Part shown: piece after piece, positions 15,830 to 29,065 of the stretch
Numbering within the stretch: the first letter of the stretch is position 1
Layout of the letters: every line of letters begins with the position of its first letter
Notes under the pieces: model-generated
Databases searched by the model: none
What the model was told of the DNA's origin: nothing
The model's input: only the letters and a program-made list of their open reading frames with translations
Assembly: GCA_951406725.2 (NCBI GenBank)
Contig: OX597815.1
Location: 100,378,001-100,442,000, forward strand
Length of the DNA stretch: 64,000 nucleotides
DNA from: Octopus vulgaris
Taxonomy: Eukaryota
Direction: 5' to 3'
Made by a program: the position numbers and the translations under genes

Positions 15830-15989
15830 TTTGACAAAAAATGTGTTGTAAACGTTGTAGAAATGCTGTAACACCGAGTATTTTTGTTTTGTTTTCTGCG
15901 GTTCTGTGGGTAAAAAGAATGCTGTGGAGTGTTGTAAGTCATTTTTTTCTTTTTCTTTTTGCCCCTTTTTCGCTGAGTCTAGAGGAGAG

Positions 15990-16450
15990 AGCTGTGCTCA
16001 TAGCCTTCGCACCATCCCTCAAGATTGGAAGTTAATATGTGTTCTTGAACCATTGCAAGTCAACATCTGCAATAAAGCCATGAGCAAGGAGAGAGTTCTT
16101 GAGAACCGATATTCTAGGAAGGAAGGAAGGGCTTGGCATAGTAATTAGTACAAGGCCAGGAAGTTGGATGACGAGAGGGCGACGAGAGGACGAGAGGAGA
16201 ATCGATCGGGAATGCCTGAGTAATGATGGCACGATACCAGCCAGGTCTGGAGAGCAGAACCCATTTAAAGTAAAGGTAGAAAAAGCATGGATAAGACAGT
16301 AAGTCTGTGGACCAGAGACTGGAACGTGTCTGTGAATGACCTTATTCTAATCAGTCGAGTGACCCTTGTCTGGGTGCTGTCTACGATATCATTTTGCAAC
16401 AACAGCAGCATCGTTCCAGATATGAGAGCAGTACTCCATTGTGAAGTAAT
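15990..16450 (-). mobile_element. CR1/Jockey-group LINE 3' fragment
   Basis: Minus strand encodes MEYCSHIWNDAAV..., QSLVHR, SFLPRIS..NSL, LQWFK, typical of post-RT ORF2 C-termini; degraded. Confidence 0.65.
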
Positions 16451-17471
16451 TCGGAATATTGTTATCCTATATGTATCATAGTTGTCGAGGATTGCTGTAT
16501 GTGACGCCGAGTGTTTTTGTTTTCTGTATATGCAATACTAAGCTTAATCGTCTCCCTATGTTCTGAGTTCAAATCCGCCGAGTTCTACTAAGTACCAATC
16601 ATGCGCTAAGGTCGATATAATCGACTTATAATCTCACCCTAAAAATATTTAGCTGTGAATCTTGTATGATTCTACAATCATTATTATAAAGGAAGGAAGA
16701 GTTGAGATGTGTGAGAGATTTGTGGCGATGAAACAGTTTCTGTAAAGAAAACTGGATAAACCGTGGAGTTTAATAAGAGACACGCTAGCGATAAGTTGTA
16801 GTCGTTGTGTGTGCCAGTTCGGCAATAAGAGAGATCACCTATAATCAAAGAAGTTCCAGCGGTGATCATCCATTCTGTTTTTCAGACAGTGTGTAACTAG
16901 GACTACACGTATCCTTTTTTAAACGGTTGTCTAATTTGAGGGAGATTTCGTGGCTTTTCTTTTTAGCACATCATACAACTACATAGAGTCTCTTTCGTTA
17001 GCTTGTGGAGGGGGTCATATTAGTAGTTCTTGTTTAGCCATAAGTCAACCTGATTGAGCAGAACTATGATCAAAGATATTTCAACCGTCATCATGTGCTC
17101 AAGAAACCCAAATTCATATTATCCTTCGTGTCTTTTTCCAAGACTGTAAAATATGATTTGAGAGAGAATTGCTGATACAACACTATATTAACCACAAATT
17201 GGTAGGGAATCAATTCAATTAATTCCGCCGCCTAATAAATCTACATGCCTGAGATCGCGTCATAGGCACGTCCCGAAATGTAGTTCAGTCCTTTTTATAG
17301 ATTTTCTCTTGTCTTTGTTGTCATTTCAAATACAATAGAAAATATAGAAACAAAACAAAACACAGGACCTAACCAAACACACACACACTCACACATAACA
17401 TACACATACACACGCACACTCACAGCTGCACTTGATTATGCAATGAAAGAATGCAATAAAATACTTTTGAA

Positions 17472-17564
17472 ATGATGATGATGATGATGATGATGAATGT
17501 GGTGGTCGTCGTCGTCGTCGTGGTCGTCGTGGTCGTTGTCGTTGTCGTCGTCGTCGTGGTCGTT

Positions 17565-17596
<32 letters not shown>

Positions 17597-17612
17597 GGAG
17601 GTGGTCGTGGAG

Positions 17613-17680
<68 letters not shown>

Positions 17681-17717
17681 CGTCGTCGTCGTCGTCGTCG
17701 TGGAGGTGGTCGTGGTG

Positions 17718-17770
<53 letters not shown>

Positions 17771-17805
17771 GAGGATGATGGTGATGATGATGATGATGAT
17801 GATGT
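17472..17805. repeat. Compound (GAT)n/(GTC)n/(GGTCGT)n repeat
   Basis: Directly visible; source of the poly-V, poly-WS and poly-PR ORFs. Confidence 0.95.
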
Positions 17806-18115
17806 AGAGGAGGAGGAAGGAAGGGAGGGGAAGGGGTGGAGTGCAGGTGGCGTTCTTGCTGCAGATGGCAACGGCGGCGGCAAGGACGACGACGATGATG
17901 ATGTAAGAATGTTAGTAAATGGTGGGGGGGTGGCTATCTCACTTGGATAGTGCCGACTTTTGTCAAACAGCTTCTAAATTGGTACCATCACTACACTCCA
18001 CCGTACCATCTCTATTCTTACACAGGTCAGGGCAACTATAGATCCATACATACACACGCGCACACAGGCAAGCACATATACATACATGCATATATACTTG
18101 CATACGTATGCACGC

Positions 18116-18156
<41 letters not shown>

Positions 18157-18264
18157 TGTACTAAATGTATATACATGTAAGTACACACACTCATACAAAT
18201 ATTCAAATATTTTGACTATGGACATGTATGATTATACATATGTGTGTATGTATGGGTGCGTGTG

Positions 18265-18295
<31 letters not shown>

Positions 18296-18329
18296 CCGTG
18301 TACACACATATATAGGGGCCTATGTACAT

Positions 18330-18401
<72 letters not shown>

Positions 18402-18977
18402 ACAAATATACATACGTACATATATTCATACATAAATACATATATATACATATACACATACACACACACAAGCATATATATAAATTGTGTGTGTGTGTGT
18501 GTGTGTGTGTACAAACAGGCATATATCATATATACACACAGACATAGCCACACACACAGCTATGCATGCATACATCACAACCAAAGGAAGTGGCTAAAAA
18601 GTATGGGCAGTGACAACATTCTAAATCTAAAGATTAAATTGAAAGCCATCTTCACCTTGAAACTTTCGGATATATGGGCGTATGTGTGTATCAGTGTCGA
18701 TGTCAAAACGAATGAACAAGCTTACTGAAATTAATTGATAACATTCGATAACATACTTGCATATTAAATATAATTTGCGACAAGTAAACTACCCAGGAAT
18801 ATTAAAGACCAACTATCAAAGAATGGTAGAAACAGAATATCGTTAATGAAATACAAGATAAAATTGGATAAACTATTTCTGAATTAAAACCAAAGAGGGG
18901 AAGTACAAACTAAGAATAAAGTGAGAATACATCATTTCTTTAACAAAGTAAAGAAATAGAATCTGAACTGGAGTGCT

Positions 18978-19355
18978 ATGTATTTGGATAATAAATATTA
19001 CCATTTTGTGACCATCATTTTGGCCATACTCATTTACCTGGGTGATGGTCAACAAATATGTGATTCTACGACTTGTAAAGCACCAAACTGTCACTGTTCC
19101 GGGGTGAACATTCCGGGTGGATTCCATCCGGAGGATATTCCTCAAATGGTTTTACTGTCGTTTGACGATGCTGTCAACTGGGACAATTGGGATTACTACC
19201 TGAAACTCTTCCCACCCGACGGACGCCGAAAGAACCCAAACGGGTGCCCTATCTCCATGACTTTGTTTGTCTCTCACAACTACACTGATTACTGTATGGT
19301 TCGTAAACTACACGGACGAGGCATTGAAATAGCAGATCACAGCCTCACACATCAG
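18978..19355 (+). CDS. Chitin/polysaccharide deacetylase (CE4, arthropod CDA-like), coding exon 1
   Basis: Signal peptide (FVTIILAILIYLGDG), C-x4-C-x4-CxC...IPGG, PQMVLLSFDDAVN (motif 1), RKNPNGCPISMTLFVSH, GIEIADHSLTH (motif 2); phase-0 donor CAG|gtaacc. Confidence 0.93.
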
Positions 19356-20590
19356 GTAACCACATATTACACTGCTTTTATTCATTTGTTTGTTTGTTTG
19401 TACTCCAATCCCTTGGGCCTGTGATCAAGGGCAAGGACCATGCTGTCTGTTTTGCTTTGCTTTACTGATATTCTTTTCAGACATGGTTTTAAAATGGCTG
19501 CATTATCCAATGTAGCATTCCTTTTTTTAAGAAGATAAAATGTGATTTGAGGGATATTTGTCACCATTTCAAAGCAATCGAAAGTAGAAAAATATATCTA
19601 CATATTGTGTTTCCGAGAGAATAAAATAACCTCTTCCAATTTTTCAATATGGTTTATTTTCAACATATTGAAAACACTCTTCATATTATGTGAGCGGTAT
19701 CTCGTAGTTATAGCGACCATGTATAGCCCTTCCTGCCAAGTCGGTTCCGGTGCTGCTGCTGTTGTTGTTTAGCTCCATGTTATTCCTAACTGTGTAAAAA
19801 TATGAGCAAAAGATTAACAAAGCATGACCACTAACCCCTTCTTCCGAGTATTGAGTATTTCCAGGCGGTGAACCGAGGAACGCTGATGTGCTGCTAGATG
19901 TCTCTAGAATAGACGCATCGCGACAGTAATTCTTTTTTTAATTTTGCTACAAGACTAGCAACTTTGAAGGGAGAGGGAAGTCGATTACAACGATTCCCAG
20001 TGTTCAACTGTTACTTATTTTGTCGATACCCGAAACAGATGAAAGGCAAAATCGACCTTGGTGGCATTTGAACTAAGAGCGTGAAGAGCCGAAAAAAATG
20101 TCGCCGAACAAGTATTTTGTCCGGCGCGGTAACGATTCTGCTAGCTCACCGTCTTAGAGCAACACGACAATGATAAATTTTAAATTTATGAAAAAAAGGC
20201 TAAAAGTAATCTAAATTACAGCTAGGAGAGGGGTAAGTGAAAGCATTGTACCTGTGAATTCAATTTTGTGTGCTCAACTCCGAGCAGGATCTTATATTGT
20301 GTGCCTGGGACAGCTAAACCTGACAGAGCCCATACCCTTCCATGGCTAACCACAGTCAATTCCTTCCGGAGGGAAAGAACAATCGACCCTTGTACTTTAG
20401 TTGTTGACCTTGAAAAGAAATTATAAAAAGCAAAGTTGACCCCAGTATTATAAAAGCAAAGTTGGCCTCAGAACACCGACGCGAATACCACAAGGTATTC
20501 TATCCAACTCAGCCAATTTTGGCCCCTAACCAGCTGGGTTACATTATGTCAAACGAAAAAAATGAAAATTTTGATTATTGATCCCCAAAG

Positions 20591-20873
20591 TATAGACATA
20601 CTCCAACTTATATCGTTTCGAGTTTATGTCTTTTTTAAAGAAATAATTTATCGGTCTCAGCGAGCATATTTAGAAACCTGAAAATTATAAATAAAAACGC
20701 TAAAAACCAATACAGAAATGGAAAATCAAACAAAATATGTAAAAACATGTACAAACCAATTATTAAAATAGATATAAGCTAATAATTTTTTTATGATTTT
20801 CGTGTTACGGCGTTATACGAGTTAAGTCGTATGTCTTGGAACCATTTGCTGACGTAAGTTGAGGTACGCATGT
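20591..20873. mobile_element. pogo/Tigger-like MITE
   Basis: Diverged TIRs tatagacatactccaacttatatc / gacgtaagttgaggtacgcatgta with TA ends. Confidence 0.45.
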
Positions 20874-21477
20874 AGTTTATTCTTTGCTTTTTTAAAATAT
20901 AATAAAAATATAAATAAATACTGTAATTGCAGTTAATTTTGTTTCTAATCAAATAAACGATTTTTTCAATATAAAGATTTTGTGAATCAAAAAAAGGGAC
21001 AATGAGAAATTCTGATAAACAGTAATTATCCCTCTTTTTACAAATGATTCTTTCGTCCTTTCAGGGTCGATAAAATAAGTACCAGTTGAGCACTTGAGTG
21101 GAAGTAATTGATTTATGCCCTCCCCAAAATTGCTGGCTTTCTGCCAAAATTTGAAACCAATATTTAGATTGAAATCTGCAGCCCTCTTCTCTCCGCATTC
21201 ATGTTCTTTCGTCACAATTGTAACAAACTGATTTCCAAAATATAACATCAGTTGTCTGCCATATACGACCATCATTAAACACGGGTGAATATGATTAGAT
21301 TTGGAAACCCGTTTATAATGTAATTTATCTGATATTGATTGGAAATAATGCAAAGAAGAAAGAGAGTTAATTTCTTTATCCAGTGATCACGGATTTAAAA
21401 TCAAGCATGAAAACTTATTTAATATTTTGGATTTCTATAAAAAGATTAATCCTTTTTGGTTCAATTTTTATTGAATT

Positions 21478-21738
21478 GAGTACTCCATTAAGGAGTAGTC
21501 CATAATGCAGTAGTACTCCACAATTAAGTACTTCACAGAGTACCAGACCACAATTCAATACTCCACAATGCAGAATGCTTCAGTCAAGTACCCTTCAATG
21601 CAACACTCCACAAGGCAGTATTTCACAATGCAATTCACCGCAATCAAGTACGTCACAGGGTAGTACTCCACTGTGTAATGCTCTACAATGCAGTACTCCA
21701 CAATGGAGTATTAAATAATTCAATACTCTGCAATCAGT
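21478..21738. repeat. Degenerate 15-bp minisatellite, consensus CAGTACTCCACAATG, ~17 units
   Basis: Units such as caatactccacaatg, cagtatttcacaatg and cagtactccacaatg in register. Confidence 0.8.
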
Positions 21739-24389
21739 AGCGTAGCTAATAAGGCGAAGGGCTGTCCGCCCCGGACAACGCTTTTATGGGAGCCGCACTT
21801 TTGGGTCTATTGTATAAGCCTGTAGAAGCTGTTTGCCGGATAGGGGCGGCAAATTCAAGAGCTGCCCCCCGGTGGTTCCTTCTGGAGCATTGGCTGCTAT
21901 ATCTACTTGGTCAATGAGTTATAGAAAAGGACCCCTTGTTCACTGATGCTGTTCTCTGTTTGACACAGTGGAATGACAGAAATATCTAGAAATTTTAGAA
22001 ATTTCAAGAATTCCCGACTGCATGATTGTAAGCAGTCTTTAGTTCTGGTTGTCAATAGCAACAACTATAGAATTCCAGACTAATGTCTATAAGAAGTCTT
22101 TGTTTCTGTGTTTTGCTGTGACAATTTCCAGATCTTCCCAACACCGAGGTAAGGGTCAATTTTACTTTACCGTCTCGAACGTCAATAAAGTAAGTACCAG
22201 TTAATAATTGAAGGAAGTAGTCGATTTAGTTAATGTTGAATCTTTTTTGTAAAATTAATGACTGTGTCTACGTTTGAGCACTCTTTTATTGGCGAAAAAA
22301 AGCAGCAACATGAATGAATAAAAAAGCACAAGGCCAGTACTTTTTGTGGGAGGAGAAAATCGATTACATTGACCCCAGTGCTTGACTGATACTTTACTTT
22401 ATCGACTCTGAAAGGACGAAAAGGAAAGTTGACCAAGGTGGAATTTGAACTCAGAACGTAAAGAGCCGGAAGAAATACCGCTAAGCAATTTGTCCGACAC
22501 GCTAACGATTCTGCCAGTTCGTCGCCTTAACAACAACAACAATAACGAAATCAACGGTAACACTAAAGAATGTATCTCATTTACTGCAAGAGCCACCAGT
22601 GTCTGGACAGATCACTCGTTTTTTTTTTTTGTTTTTTAATTTGAAGATTTAATTTGAGCGAAGCCTTTTATAAAGGGTTCTGATGTAATAGTGCTTCTAC
22701 CAGACGTTTTCTGATTTTGCATTTTTTTTATTTGCTGGGTCTGGAGGAAGAGGAAGAGGTCATGATACTTGCAGGCGCTCCTAGTCCGATGAGTTTAATG
22801 TTATTGATGTTTCATATAAACTGTTTCAGGTCAACATCTACAAGAAAGACATGAGCCGGGTGGAGATTCCAAGGGGTTCGATACTCTGAGAAAGAAGGAT
22901 TGGACATAATGGTTAGTGATGGATAAGGATCGTTCACTAAAAATCACAATTACCTTCAGGTACAAACAAGGTGTATAAACAAGGGGAGAAAAGCAATAAA
23001 GAAGCACAGCGTTTCTACTGCGCAGAAAGAAAAATGACTAAAAACGTGCGTGGGGCCATTTGGGATCCCTGGAAACAGTCAAAGTCAAACTTGTTGCGAA
23101 GAGAAGAAGTAAAAGACAGGACTCCACTAGTGTATGTATCTCAGAGGAATTTAACTTAATTCTTACTAATCTAGATCATCCTTCTACCAAAATATAAATT
23201 CATAACGTGTCACCAAACCAGGATCGATGGACTTTGGTAAAACAAATTGAAGGGATAACAGACCTTTTGAAGGTTCTTCCCCTATAAGAAGTGTTTGATT
23301 TTGCTTGCGATCTAGGCGCTAATCACACCTAAAACCTCTCTTTTTTAATCTTTAGACCAATCCTATATTGAAAGCATATAAAACACGATGGTCGTATATA
23401 GTGAAGAGAAGAAAGGACAAATCTTTCCATTGTTGTAGCTCTGTCTAAAGCCATTTTGTACCCTCATAAAGCAGCAGTTACAAAACAACAAAAAATCTAA
23501 AATACAACTACTACCAACACCAAAAACAAATCCATATCAAGAACAAATACATATCAACATAAAAAACAACTACACCAACAAAAACAAAAGCAATGACAGA
23601 AACAGCCTGCTAAAAGTACGGTTTCTCGTATATCTCCAATAAATGTATCCTTCCCTAAAACCAAAAATAAAAAACATGAAACTTCGATAAAACGTCCATC
23701 ACTTTTGCCTTCGTCGCACACCGACTCAAGCGACCGAAGTTGAACCACTAAATCCCACTTTGGTCGGATCCAAAAATAGAAGTTGGTAGGCTCAAAGTCA
23801 CAGAAGAGAAAGGTGTGAGTGTGCCAGGTCAGAGAGTTGAACAACACAAAGAACAGTAAAATAACAACCGCAATAAGAACAACACAAACAACAATGGCAA
23901 CAGCAACAACAAACACTTTTCAATTTCACTTGTGTTCATAAAAACAGCAACAAATTAAAGGAGTTCGTAAAATTACAAACATTGCAAAAAGAAGGAGAAA
24001 CAGACGGATTGGAGGATGATAATATTCCTCCTGAAAACTGGTGAGAATAACATCAGGAGAGCTGTGGTGAGGAAGAAATTTCCTCTCGGCGTCAAGCAAT
24101 TCAAAAAGATTCCAACATCCGTAATTCCGGGGAGGTCTTCTAGTAAACACAAAACATGCAATACACCTGAGATAACTGACCTTTTCCCATCTTCATTTAA
24201 AACAATGTTGAAAGTGAGGCACGTAAGTGTAAGTGGCCTGGGTGGTCTCTAAAAGCAGGGTCATTGAATTTAGATGTAATAGTAATTGGCAAGATCAGAG
24301 TTTCTAATCTACACACACTTTGTTCGGTCGAAGTAAGTCAAGTGGAGTGGAAACATTGTTCCGAAAAGCTCTAAATCTCTTAGGAAGAC

Positions 24390-25766
24390 CGTACACAAGG
24401 ATGGTATTCCATTAAGACCTATAGTCAGCTGTAGAGTTTCAGCATGTCATCCACTGAGCCGCGTCCTTGTGGATATAATCAGTCCATTAGCAGGAAAGTC
24501 AACATCGTACGTGAAGAATTCCACCCACTTCACAGAATTGATCAAGGATACTCCCATTGAATCCAACCAGATGATGAGTCTAGATGTGATAAGTCTGTTC
24601 AACTGGTGAACCACTATCGGTGATTCAAGAAAAACTAGTGACAGACACCCATCTAATATACCAATAAGAAACTTGATGGAAATGTTGACTTTCAGTGTAG
24701 AAACTACCTACTTCAGTATGGACACTGATATATATCGACAAGAAGAGGGTTTAGCTATGGGTTCGCCATTATCACTGATAAGAGCCAATATATACCTGGA
24801 ATACTTTGAGAATTTGGCTTTAGGATCAACACCACTAAAAACAACCCTATGGCTGCGATATGTTGATGACACCTTCATACTCTGGCCCCACCAGGAAGAT
24901 GTCCAAGTGCTGTTAGATCATGTGAACTCAATAAAGCCATCCATACAGTTCACAATGGAAACAGAAAAAGACAATCAGCTAGCATTCCTGGATGTATTAA
25001 TAACATGCACCAAGTATGGATTCAGGACATCCGTATACCGCAAGCCGACCTTCACTGGACGATACCTAAACTTCAACTCCCACCATCCATACAGTGTAAA
25101 GAGAGGGATTGCTCAGTGCCTAAAACATCGAGCAATGAATATAAGTAGCGATCGTGATAACCACCACGAAGAAATGATCAAGCTCAGTAACAATCTATTA
25201 AGCAACAACTACCCCAAAAGCACACTCACCACTCCAATTATCAAGAAAGAGGATGAAACCGATAAACTGTCCACAGTCTGTCTACCCTATGTGAAAGGCC
25301 TCTCTGAAAAGATACAAAAGATATGCGGCCCATATGACATCAGGACAGTATTCAAAAGTAATACAACACTTCGCAAATATCTCCTTCGAGTAAAACTACC
25401 AATAGAAGAGAATATGAGAATATGACTAAGAACTGCATGTACTCTATCCCATGCAGCTGTGGTAGGTTATACAAAGGCGAAACATGCAGCCCCCTCAAAA
25501 TAAGGGTAGAGGAACATCGCAAAGATGTGAAACGGGGAGATATTGATAAATCGGGTATAGCTGATCATGTATGGAAAAATCGAGACCACCTTCCCCTGTG
25601 GGATGAAGTTAAAATAATAGACAAAGAACACCACTGGAAAATACGAAAACTAAAAGAAGCAGCACATATGCTAGGACACAACAACCTCTTAAGCAGACCG
25701 AGTTCTGATATGAACAGCATATGGGAACTGGTATTAAGGAAGGATAGGGGAATATTAGATTTATAA
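24390..25766 (+). mobile_element. Penelope-like retroelement, RT + GIY-YIG endonuclease, 5'-truncated pseudogene
   Basis: HKDGIPLRPIVS, SLDVISLF, GLAMGSPLS, WLRYVDD, LAFLDV, VYRKPT, then CMYSIPCSCGRLYKGET..R..EH..IADH..H (GIY-YIG with CCHH). An 8-bp duplication gagaatat at ~25408-25423 causes the RT/EN frameshift. Confidence 0.92.
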
Positions 25767-25792
25767 GCCCTAAAATTCACTCCATAATTGCA

Positions 25793-25860
25793 TATGGCGT
25801 AGTGGTTAAGAGCGCGGGCTACTAACCCCAAGATTCCGAGTTCGATTCCAGGCAGTGACC
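25793..25860 (+). other. tRNA-like Pol III module (A/B box), not a canonical tRNA
   Basis: TGGCGTAGTGG A-box and GAGTTCGATTCC B-box with a GGG-CTACTAA-CCC arm; no good acceptor stem. Confidence 0.7.
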
Positions 25861-26088
25861 TGAATTATAATAATAATAATAACAACAACAACATCGAAAA
25901 TTGAAAGACACAAACAAGATGTGGACAAATATCCGTCAATTGTAAATAATGTACATAATTCCTCTTGGGTTTCTTGTTTCTGTTTGACTTTCAGGTCTCC
26001 AAGCAAAATTCAGCACGGACATAGCAGATATTCTCTGTGTGCGTGCATGTGCGCGTGTGTGTGTGTGTGTGTGTGCACGTGTGTGTGT

Positions 26089-26150
<62 letters not shown>

Positions 26151-26181
26151 ATGTGTTTGAGCCGAGGTGAGCGTGTATGTA

Positions 26182-26228
<47 letters not shown>

Positions 26229-26960
26229 TGACAGGATATCCTTAAATAAGTAGGTTGCTATGAAAAAAAAAAAAGAAAAGGAAAGAAACGAAGAAGAAAA
26301 CATAAAGAAAACTAAATCTAGAGATAAAGCTAGACAGGCGTATACCGAACATGAAACAATATATTTAGCAGCCTAGTTTTTCCCGTTCGTATACCTTGAA
26401 TCACCTCTAAACCTGCTGAAAGTGGAAATGTCATCCGTAAGACGGCAAAGATATCACGAAAATAACTTTAAAGGACGTGACAAAAACTTCAAATGAGTGT
26501 TTTAATTATTAACGAAGTAGTTTTATTTTTAAGTTTTGGCATTTCACACATAAAAAAAAAAGACATTTTATGACAAACAAGTCAAACATGTTAAATAAAA
26601 GAGTCGATTTAAGTACAAACAATTTTAAAACATTACTGGATAAAAAAACAATATTTAAATATTAACTAACCAAATATTTGTTTAGGTCGGTTAAAAAAAA
26701 TGTAGTCAGCTTCTATTTCTGTTAAGCTGGGCGGGGTGGTGGAGGGTGGAGGGAATCGTGTGTGCGTATGTGTGTGCGAGTGTGTGCAGGCGTGTGGAAA
26801 TGTCTGTCTGTATGTATGTATGTATGTATGTATGTATGTATGTATGTATGTATGTATGTATGTATGTATGAATGAATTAATGTATGTATGAGTGTTGTGT
26901 GTGTGTGTTTCTTCATTGAAAGAGATCACATTTTGAGAGACCCTTGACAACCTGTGTCAG

Positions 26961-27052
<92 letters not shown>
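26961..27052. repeat. (GTA)n microsatellite
   Basis: Directly visible. Confidence 0.95.
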
Positions 27053-27055
<3 letters not shown>

Positions 27056-28289
27056 TGTGGTGGTGGTAGTGGTGGTGGTATTAGCTGTGGTGGTGTTATT
27101 TCTAACCCAGGTTAGTGCTCTGATCTAGTAGATAGATTTGTGATCATGACGTTACAGATGTGACAGTCCTGTCTCTCATTTAGATATTCTAACATACAAC
27201 GATCACGTTATACAAACATGAGAGCTGTTTTTGGCCGCTATTTCTAACAGACTGCGTTCCCAGGTAGACGTTGGCTTGTAGTAGTGTTTGCTGTTATTTT
27301 GCTCCAAGTCAGTCCTGATAAAACATGCTGACACATGATCGAGATATTCAAGACATGAGGAGAATCCAGTCTCTTTATTTCTTCAGATATAGTTTATCTT
27401 GAATTACATTATCCAGTGTGCCCTTCCTTGTGAGTGTGATGTGTATGAGTGCGTGTGTTCTGTACAGGCAAATAACAAAAACAAAAAGAAAAATGACAAC
27501 ACAAGACTTAAGTTTTAATAAAAACTGTATTAGCTTAATGCTTAAAAAGAAGGGAAAGGGTTTTAACGCTTCGAACGTTAGTCCTTTATCAGAAGAAACA
27601 CATAGACGGAGTAAGAAAGAGGGGAAAGTTATTGAGAAATAATAGGTGAGGGGTTAGGAACCAGAGGGAAATGCAGTTTTGGGGAAGTTAATTTAGGGAC
27701 GAAGGGGCGAGTGTGTATATACATATAGGAGAGTATTTGTGTTTTGATATGGACATAAAGGAGAGTGGAGTATTCGAGGTGCATATGTGTATAGGATTGC
27801 GAGTGCAAGGATAAAGGCATGTGGAGAGCAAGATGAATGCGGTAGAGGTGTGTTGACGTGTCGGAGTGTAACGCGTTTAAATGGAAGGTAGAAAAAGGAG
27901 AAAAAGGAAAAGGAAACAACGAGCAAGGGAAGCGAAAAAGAGAGGTAAGGCGCGAATTCAGGGAGCGAAAATTAGAAAAAGAAGAACTAGAGAAATATTA
28001 ATTACAATGCAACTGATACGAAAATTACGAGTTCTGTGAGAGGAAAAGTTATTAAAAAATGACACAATACAACACTTGAAAAGTCTGATGTGGTTACATA
28101 AGATGTGTAAAATTCGAGGAGATAGAAATGTCTAGTATGGTGAGGAGCTGAATGAAAAACAAAATTTATCAAAGAGCGGATGAACTCAAGAGAGTCAACA
28201 GCCATCCAATTGCATTCCTTCTTATTGCAAAAGCAGTTGTAACCTAAGGAAGATGACTACGTAACTCCTATTCTTTAGCCATTCATTAA

Positions 28290-28331
<42 letters not shown>

Positions 28332-28475
28332 AAAAGCAATTAAGATTCAAGTCAATTCCAATGAATTTACTTGAATATGGTACTTAACTTAGATGCACCA
28401 GAAAACTATATGGTGTTGACGATACAGTAATGTGGGGTGATTATAAACGAGAAAGAAGCAACAAGAATGGATTAG

Positions 28476-28566
28476 TTTTAGTACAATTGTTTCATACAAA
28501 GACAGGCTTTATTAAAAGTTGCAAAAATTGCAGCAGATAAAAGTGTCCCGTACTCATCAGCTAAAA
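28476..28566 (-). ncRNA. Type I hammerhead ribozyme, antisense copy
   Basis: Reverse-complement copy of 28858-28948 with the same core and stems. Confidence 0.7.
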
Positions 28567-28857
28567 TACATATGAGTTCTCCAAACATCTTAGTGGGTGA
28601 GGCTATACTCATGAAGTATTGGAGATAATTTCATTAAAGGCAGATTTAGGTTGCAAACAGATTTCCATCTACACTACGGATTAATTCACCTTCTCTGTGA
28701 AGCTAATAAGCTTCTAAGAACCTGTGATAAGACTGTGCATCATCATTAAAGAACTTTGGAAATCTGTTTGCAACCTAAATCTGCCTTTAATGAAATTATC
28801 TCCAATACTTCATGAGTATAGCCTCACCCACTAAGATGTTTGGAGAACTCATATCTA

Positions 28858-28948
28858 TTTTAGCTGATGAGTACGGGACACTTTTATCTGCTGCAATTTT
28901 TGCAACTTTTAATAAAGCCTGTATTTGTATGAAACAATTGTACTAAAA
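28858..28948 (+). ncRNA. Type I hammerhead ribozyme (Penelope-type, long stem II)
   Basis: TTTTAG / CTGATGA / 60-nt foldable stem II / GAAAC-AATT-GTA / CTAAAA. 6-bp stem I, palindromic stem III, predicted cleavage after GUA at 28942. Confidence 0.75.
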
Positions 28949-28972
28949 ACTAATCCATTCTTGTTGCTTCTT

Positions 28973-29065
<93 letters not shown>

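Larger units (their letters stand above)
28328..28976. mobile_element. Penelope-type inverted-pLTR cassette between (TA)n tracts
   Basis: Arms 28449-28667 and 28757-28976 are reverse complements with 2 mismatches and 1 indel by eye; 89-nt spacer; each arm holds a hammerhead core. Confidence 0.8.

Noticed and set aside
17950-18728. ORFs of VC/YI/TH dipeptides here and throughout the window
   Set aside because: Translations of (TG)n, (TA)n, (CA)n and (TATG)n microsatellites.
19356-19424. Extension of the exon-1 ORF to 148 aa with a hydrophobic tail
   Set aside because: Read-through into the intron; CE4 homology stops at the CAG|gt donor and resumes at 32440.
22960-24250. Possible degraded retroelement ORF1 upstream of the Penelope RT
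   Set aside because: Only vague A-rich coding-like patches with many stops; no motif I can support.
25793-25860. Functional tRNA gene
   Set aside because: A/B boxes are present but there is no proper acceptor stem, and an ACT anticodon would be atypical; treated as a tRNA-derived module.
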